Source: Synechococcus sp. (GTDB lineage Bacteria; Cyanobacteriota; Cyanobacteriia; PCC-6307; Cyanobiaceae). Taken from it: a stretch of 64,000 bases of DNA. The stretch covers positions 2,517,550 to 2,581,549 of the forward strand of contig JBJBEO010000001.1 of assembly GCA_047284725.1 (NCBI GenBank), read 5' to 3'. Shown piece by piece: positions 57,696-64,000 of this stretch. The position numbers and the translations under genes were made by a program. The stretch's first letter is position 1. Each line of letters begins with the position of its first letter. The notes below the pieces were generated by a model that worked only from the letters and a program-made list of their open reading frames with translations, was not told the DNA's origin and ran no database searches.

Positions 57696-58447
57696 TCAAT
57701 CAACCAATTGTTGATCGAACAGATCAAACACGTTGGTGAAGAATGTTCTGCCTTGTTGTTGGATCTCCGGCTCGAGTCGCTGCCAATGGCTGCGCAGTTG
57801 AGACGGGCCTTCACTCCCTAATGCACCCACCACATAGCCGTGGTCTTCCTGGATCCACCGTTCCAGGGATTCGCTGCTGAGTTCCCAGTGACACTGCACG
57901 CCGATCGCGTGCTGTCCGATGCGGAACACCTGCTCGGGGCAGTGCAGGGAGGAGCCCAGCAGGGTGGCTTCTGCGGGCAGTCGCGCCCGATCACCGTGCC
58001 AGTGCAGAACGGCTTCGCTCGGATTCAATCCTTGCAGCAACGGCTCATGCTCAGGTGGCATCCACCAATGGATGGCGCCAAAGCCCACTTCTTTGAGCGG
58101 TTGTTGGGGCTCCCCCACCTGAAGGGGCTCCACTCGCCCGCCAACCGCCACCGCCAGCAGCTGGGCTCCAAGGCAGATCCCCAGCATGGGTCTGCGCTGT
58201 TCGTGCCAGCTGCGGATCCAACTGAGCTCGCTGTTCAGCCAGGTCATGCCGGGCTTGTGGCGTTCATTCACCCCCATGGGGCCACCCAGCACCAGGGCGA
58301 CTGTGCTCGCGCAGGTGGCGGGATCGGGGAAGGGATCACCGCGATCGGGGCGAATGGTGTGAATGGCCATCCCTCGTTCCCGGGCGAGGGCGGCGATCAC
58401 TCCTGGACCCTCCCGGTCCACGTGTTGAACCACCAGGAGCCTCTGGG

Positions 58448-58451
<4 letters not shown>
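57696..58451 (-). CDS. Stand-alone class I glutamine amidotransferase
   Basis: LGGPM, GICLGAQ (Cys), WHGD and QCHWE (His-x-Glu); GTGA overlap with ureC. Confidence 0.88.
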
Positions 58452-60157
<1,706 letters not shown>

Positions 60158-60160
60158 GGG

Positions 60161-60481
60161 TCAGGCGTCGAGGGGTCCGTTGATCTGGCCGTTGAAGCCG
60201 ATCACCCGACGCGCACCCGCGAATGGGATCAGGTTCACGTCGCGGCTGTCGCCGGGTTCGAAGCGAATTGCAGTGCCGGCGGGGATGTCGAGCCGCTGGC
60301 CGCGCGCGGCGGTGCGGTCGAACTGCAGCGCTGCATTGGCTTCGGCGAAGTGGAAGTGGGAGCCCACCTGCACAGGGCGATCGCCGCGGTTGGCCACATG
60401 GAGAGTGGTGATGGGTCGGCCGGCATTGAGTTCGAGTTCGCCGGGTTCGGGCAGCAGTTCGCCCGGGATCAGGGATGCCAT
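60161..60481 (-). CDS. ureB: Urease beta subunit
   Basis: [13 protein letters not shown] and [15 protein letters not shown]. Confidence 0.97.
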   Translation of the reverse strand: MASLIPGELLPEPGELELNAGRPITTLHVANRGDRPVQVGSHFHFAEANAALQFDRTAARGQRLDIPAGTAIRFEPGDSRDVNLIPFAGARRVIGFNGQINGPLDA

Positions 60482-60491
60482 CAGGTGAGCC

Positions 60492-60794
60492 TCAGCGGAT
60501 CGGGTCATGCAGGGTGACGAGCTTGGTGCCGTCGGGGAAGACCGCTTCGATCTGCACCTCGTGCACCAGTTCTGGAATGCCGTCCATCACTTGATTGCGG
60601 TTCAGCCAGGTGCTGCCCTCCTGCATCAGCTCCGCCACGCTTTTGCCATCTCTGGCGCCTTCGAGCACCAGGAAGCTGAGCCAGGCCACTGCCTCCGGGT
60701 GGTTGAGCTTCAGGCCGCGGTTGAGTCGCCGTTCCGCCAGCAAGGCTGCGGTGACGATCAGCAGTTTGTCTTTTTCCTGGGGACTGAGATGCAT
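60492..60794 (-). CDS. ureA: Urease gamma subunit
   Basis: [17 protein letters not shown] and [13 protein letters not shown]. Confidence 0.98.
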   Translation of the reverse strand: MHLSPQEKDKLLIVTAALLAERRLNRGLKLNHPEAVAWLSFLVLEGARDGKSVAELMQEGSTWLNRNQVMDGIPELVHEVQIEAVFPDGTKLVTLHDPIR

Positions 60795-60812
60795 GGGCTG
60801 GATCGGTCGTCT

Positions 60813-61772
60813 TCAGTGTGTCTTCGCTGGGGCCACGTGCGTGTTCGTGGTGAACGCTGGTCGCTGTAAGGGCTCTTCTTGCAGAGGCCAGACCCGCGGG
60901 ATCCGTGGTGCACTCAAGCCGCGAACGGCGCGGGTGTGAGCCCAGATGCGACTGAACCAGAAGCGGGCATCACGGCTGGATGGGCCGATATAGCGGGCGA
61001 CCAGACCCTGATCAAGGGCACTGCATCGCAGCGTTCCAATCAATCCCTGCCGGTCCTGGCGGACCAGCTCCAGCAACTGCGTCATGGTGTCGTGGTCCAG
61101 GGCCATCGGTGCGGCCCACACCATCGAGCCGAACACGGGCTGTTGATGCAGGCCGTGTTGGTCGGCCAAGGCCTCACCCCCCAGCTCCAGCCTGTCCACC
61201 AGCTCCCATTGGTCAGGTTGGCGACGGTCTTCACCGTGGCGCTGAATGCTCAGGGCTGAACGCCAACGGCCCTGCTGCAGGGTCTCTCCGGCGGCGGTGC
61301 GGCCCAGCCGCACGATTTCAGCGCTGAGAAACGAGGCATCGTGGGGCAGCTGCACCGTGAGGTGCTGCTCGAAGAGCGCATCGGCGTAGAGCACCAGTTC
61401 CTGGGGAAGCCACTCCAGATCGCTGCCGCCTGCCAGCGCGCAGTTCACCTGTTGGCGTGCCCATTGGCCTTTGGGATATAGGTGGCTGCGGCCGATCGAG
61501 CCATACACCTTCTGGGCAGCCACGCTGGTGATCAGGCTGCGGCTGCCGGTCTCCAGGTTGAGGTTGATGCTGAGTTGATCGCCGCCCACCAGTCCGCCAG
61601 CGGTATGCAGGATCGGCAGTTCGCAGCGGCCGTTGTCGCCCTGTTCGGCGCGCAGCAACTTGAATGGCGCCGTGCAGCCACCCTGGTGGACGCTGCGATC
61701 TTCAGCTTGCGCAACCTGGCGCTGTTCAAACCTCAGGTCGCAGCTGCCGTGCCAGGAATCGAGGCGTTGCAT
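60813..61772 (-). CDS. ureD: Urease accessory protein D
   Basis: HTAGGLVGGD, AAQKVY, LEWLPQE and PRVW. Confidence 0.93.
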   Translation of the reverse strand: MQRLDSWHGSCDLRFEQRQVAQAEDRSVHQGGCTAPFKLLRAEQGDNGRCELPILHTAGGLVGGDQLSINLNLETGSRSLITSVAAQKVYGSIGRSHLYPKGQWARQQVNCALAGGSDLEWLPQELVLYADALFEQHLTVQLPHDASFLSAEIVRLGRTAAGETLQQGRWRSALSIQRHGEDRRQPDQWELVDRLELGGEALADQHGLHQQPVFGSMVWAAPMALDHDTMTQLLELVRQDRQGLIGTLRCSALDQGLVARYIGPSSRDARFWFSRIWAHTRAVRGLSAPRIPRVWPLQEEPLQRPAFTTNTHVAPAKTH

Positions 61773-61806
61773 CTCAGCAGGCTCGGCGCCCAGGCGGCGA
61801 TCACTT

Positions 61807-61820
61807 GTAGCAGCCGATAC
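61807..61820. promoter_or_regulatory. NtcA box in the ureD/ureE divergent promoter
   Basis: tGTA-GCAGCCGA-TAC, perfect match. Confidence 0.8.
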
Positions 61821-61869
61821 CAAACGTGGCCTGGGGTCTGGGCAGGCTCAGGGAGGAAGCGGAGCAGAC

Positions 61870-62382
61870 TTGGACGACAGCGTGATCGTGCTGGAGCATC
61901 GCCAGGCGGGAGTGGCCGTTGGTGATCTGAGGCCACAGTGCTGCCTGCAGTTGCCCTTAACGGCGGAAGAACGCACGGTCTTGCGTGGTCGTCGCCGCAG
62001 CTGCTGCGGACGAGCTCTGCTCCTTCAGTTGCCAAGGGATGGTGCCCTCCAGCCTGGTGATCTCTTGTGGGATGGAGCACGGCGTTGGCAGGTGGAAGTG
62101 CTGGCGGCACCGGAGCCGCTGTTGCGGGTGCAGGCTGAGTCCACCCTGGCGTTGCTGCAAGCGGCCTATCACCTTGGCAACCGCCATGTGGCCTTGGAGC
62201 TGCACGACGAGGAGTTGCTCCTGCTGGAGGATTCGGTTCTGGAGGCCATGCTGCGGAGCCGTGGTTTGCACGTCACTGTCTGTGAACGGCCGTTCGTCCC
62301 CGAAGGTGGTGCCTATGGAGGTGGCCACAGCCATGCCCATGGTGCTTCCCCTGCCCACTCCCACGGCCCTTCCGCGCGATGA
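61870..62382 (+). CDS. ureE: Urease accessory protein E
   Basis: AAYHLGNRH, PFVPEGGAY and His-rich tail; TTG start assumed. Confidence 0.93.
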   Translation: MDDSVIVLEHRQAGVAVGDLRPQCCLQLPLTAEERTVLRGRRRSCCGRALLLQLPRDGALQPGDLLWDGARRWQVEVLAAPEPLLRVQAESTLALLQAAYHLGNRHVALELHDEELLLLEDSVLEAMLRSRGLHVTVCERPFVPEGGAYGGGHSHAHGASPAHSHGPSAR

Positions 62383-63050
62383 GCTCCCTGGCATTGCTGC
62401 AACTGGTGAGTCCTGCCTTGCCGGTGGGAGCCTTCAGTTATTCGGAAGGGTTGGAAGCTCTGATTCAGGCTGGGGCCCTGAAGGATGAGTCCGGCCTCGA
62501 GCAGTGGTTGAGGGCTGAGCTGGAGCGCGGTGCCTTGCGGTTGGAGGCTGCCGCTCTCACGGAGCTGATCGTTGACCTGAATGCCTGGGCCACCCGCTCC
62601 GACGAGAAGGCGCGGGGGCGCGTGCTGCATCTGGATGGTTGGCTGTTGGCGAGCCGTGAAGCGGCGGAGATGCGTGCCCAGCAGCGCCAGATGGGGGGCT
62701 CTCTTCTGCAGTTGTTGGCCGATATGGGTTATTCCCTGCCGCATCCACTTCCCCTGGCCTGGCCGGCTGCCTGGGCTTGGGCGGCACTGTCATTGCAGGT
62801 GCCGGAGTTGGAGATGGTTGAGGGGTATCTCTACGGCTGGGTTGCCAATCAGCTCAGTGCGGCGGTGCGACTGTTGCCCTTGGGCCCCACGCGGGCGCAG
62901 GTGATGCAACAACGCCTGTTGCCTTGCATCGCCGCTGAAGCCGCCCGGCTTTGTGCGAGTGATCCATGTCAGTTGTGGTCAGCAGGTGTGGGGGCCTCCT
63001 TGGCGCAGTTGTCCCATGCTGAGTTGTATTCCCGTTTGTTCCGAAGCTGA
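62379..63050 (+). CDS. ureF: Urease accessory protein F
   Basis: [16 protein letters not shown] and C-terminal [11 protein letters not shown]. Confidence 0.95.
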   Translation: MSSLALLQLVSPALPVGAFSYSEGLEALIQAGALKDESGLEQWLRAELERGALRLEAAALTELIVDLNAWATRSDEKARGRVLHLDGWLLASREAAEMRAQQRQMGGSLLQLLADMGYSLPHPLPLAWPAAWAWAALSLQVPELEMVEGYLYGWVANQLSAAVRLLPLGPTRAQVMQQRLLPCIAAEAARLCASDPCQLWSAGVGASLAQLSHAELYSRLFRS

Positions 63051-63682
63051 TGGGTAGCAAGTTGCGCCTTGGCATTGCCGGGCCTGTGGGTTCCGGCAAA
63101 ACCGCTCTGGTGGAGGCGCTCTGCCGGCGGCTGCGGGAGCAGTTGCAACTGGCGGTGGTCACCAATGACATTTACACCCAGGAAGATGCCCAGTTCCTGA
63201 CGCGGGCTGGGGCTCTGGAGCCGGCACGCATCCGTGGCGTGGAGACCGGTGGGTGTCCGCATACGGCGATTCGTGAGGATTGCTCGATCAACAGGGCGGC
63301 AGTGGCTGATCTGGAAGCGCAGTTCCCAGGCCTCGATCTGGTGCTGGTGGAAAGCGGTGGCGACAATCTGGCCGCCAGCTTCAGTCCGGAGTTGGTGGAT
63401 CTCTGCATCTATGTAATTGATGTCGCTGCCGGCGACAAGATCCCCCGTAAGGGAGGTCCAGGGATCACACGCTCGGATCTGTTGGTGATCAACAAGATCG
63501 ATCTGGCTCCTCTCGTGGGGGCGGATCTAGCGGTGATGGAGCGCGACACTCTGCGCATGCGTGGCGACTGCCCTTGGTGTTTCACCAATCTCCACAGCGG
63601 CGAAGGTCTCGATCGGGTGGTGGAGTTTGTGTTGCAACAACTACCAAATGTCACGGCTTCAGGTATGAATAAGGCGCCTTGA
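63050..63682 (+). CDS. ureG: Urease accessory GTPase G
   Basis: [20 protein letters not shown] and NKID. Confidence 0.97.
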   Translation: MGSKLRLGIAGPVGSGKTALVEALCRRLREQLQLAVVTNDIYTQEDAQFLTRAGALEPARIRGVETGGCPHTAIREDCSINRAAVADLEAQFPGLDLVLVESGGDNLAASFSPELVDLCIYVIDVAAGDKIPRKGGPGITRSDLLVINKIDLAPLVGADLAVMERDTLRMRGDCPWCFTNLHSGEGLDRVVEFVLQQLPNVTASGMNKAP

Positions 63683-63692
63683 TTGCTGTTCC

Positions 63693-63706
63693 GTAACGAG
63701 TGCTAC
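63693..63706. promoter_or_regulatory. NtcA box upstream of urtA
   Basis: GTA-ACGAGTGC-TAC, perfect match; a second, GTT-GCAACAAC-TAC, lies at 63631-63644 inside the ureG 3' end. Confidence 0.8.
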
Positions 63707-63775
63707 TTGCAGGGATGCCGCTGGCTGGGACTGTCAAATTGCGCTTAGCGCAGCAGTTATCGCTGTCAACACACC

Positions 63776-64000
63776 ATGTCTCAATCGTTGTCAAAACGCA
63801 TCCTGATCAGCCTGGCGGCGACGTCCCTGGGCGTCAGTGTCACGGCCTGTGGCAGTGGTGACCAAGCTGCCGATGTTCAGTACGACGACACCGTGAAGGT
63901 GGGCATCCTTCACTCCCTCACCGGCACCATGGCCATCTCGGAGTCCACCCTTGTGGATACCGAGAAAATGGCGATCGATGAGATCAATGCCGCTGGCGGT
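63776..64000 (+). CDS. urtA: Urea ABC transporter substrate-binding lipoprotein, 5' part only
   Basis: Manual translation [28 protein letters not shown]...[17 protein letters not shown]...IDEINAAGG. Confidence 0.92.
   Translation, partial: MSQSLSKRILISLAATSLGVSVTACGSGDQAADVQYDDTVKVGILHSLTGTMAISESTLVDTEKMAIDEINAAGG

Overview
GC-rich picocyanobacterial chromosome segment, most consistent with a marine Synechococcus (inferred from gene content and order). 1-18.5 kb is core genes: argG, rpsF, Tic20-like, aroE, dnaK, stand-alone pstS, FAD oxidoreductase, psbQ, purU, O-antigen-ligase-like, radical SAM, ClC, acnB, DAHP synthase. 18.9-23.6 kb is an AT-richer insertion that starts at a duplicated gene 3' end (24-bp perfect direct repeat). 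It carries two small ORFs and a 1062-aa multidomain zinc metalloprotease. After phytol kinase, a group 2 sigma factor and ppk, 27.8-64 kb is a nitrogen supercluster with many NtcA-type GTA-N8-TAC boxes: cnaT-like, cynS, focA, nirA, siroheme and Moco genes, a Tat-exported beta-carbonic anhydrase, narM/narB/nrtP, the ure genes and the start of urtA. The best candidate for an undescribed system sits between the nar and ure genes (47-58.5 kb). It is an NtcA-boxed unit of DUR3-like symporter, two micro-proteins, an ATCase paralogue with an altered substrate site, an AsnB-like amidotransferase, an N-carbamoylase and a DUF1028 hydrolase, divergent from a cpATP-grasp/alpha-E/transglutaminase operon. 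No rRNA, tRNA, CRISPR array, integrase or transposase was recognised. All family calls come from motif recognition by eye; no searches were run.
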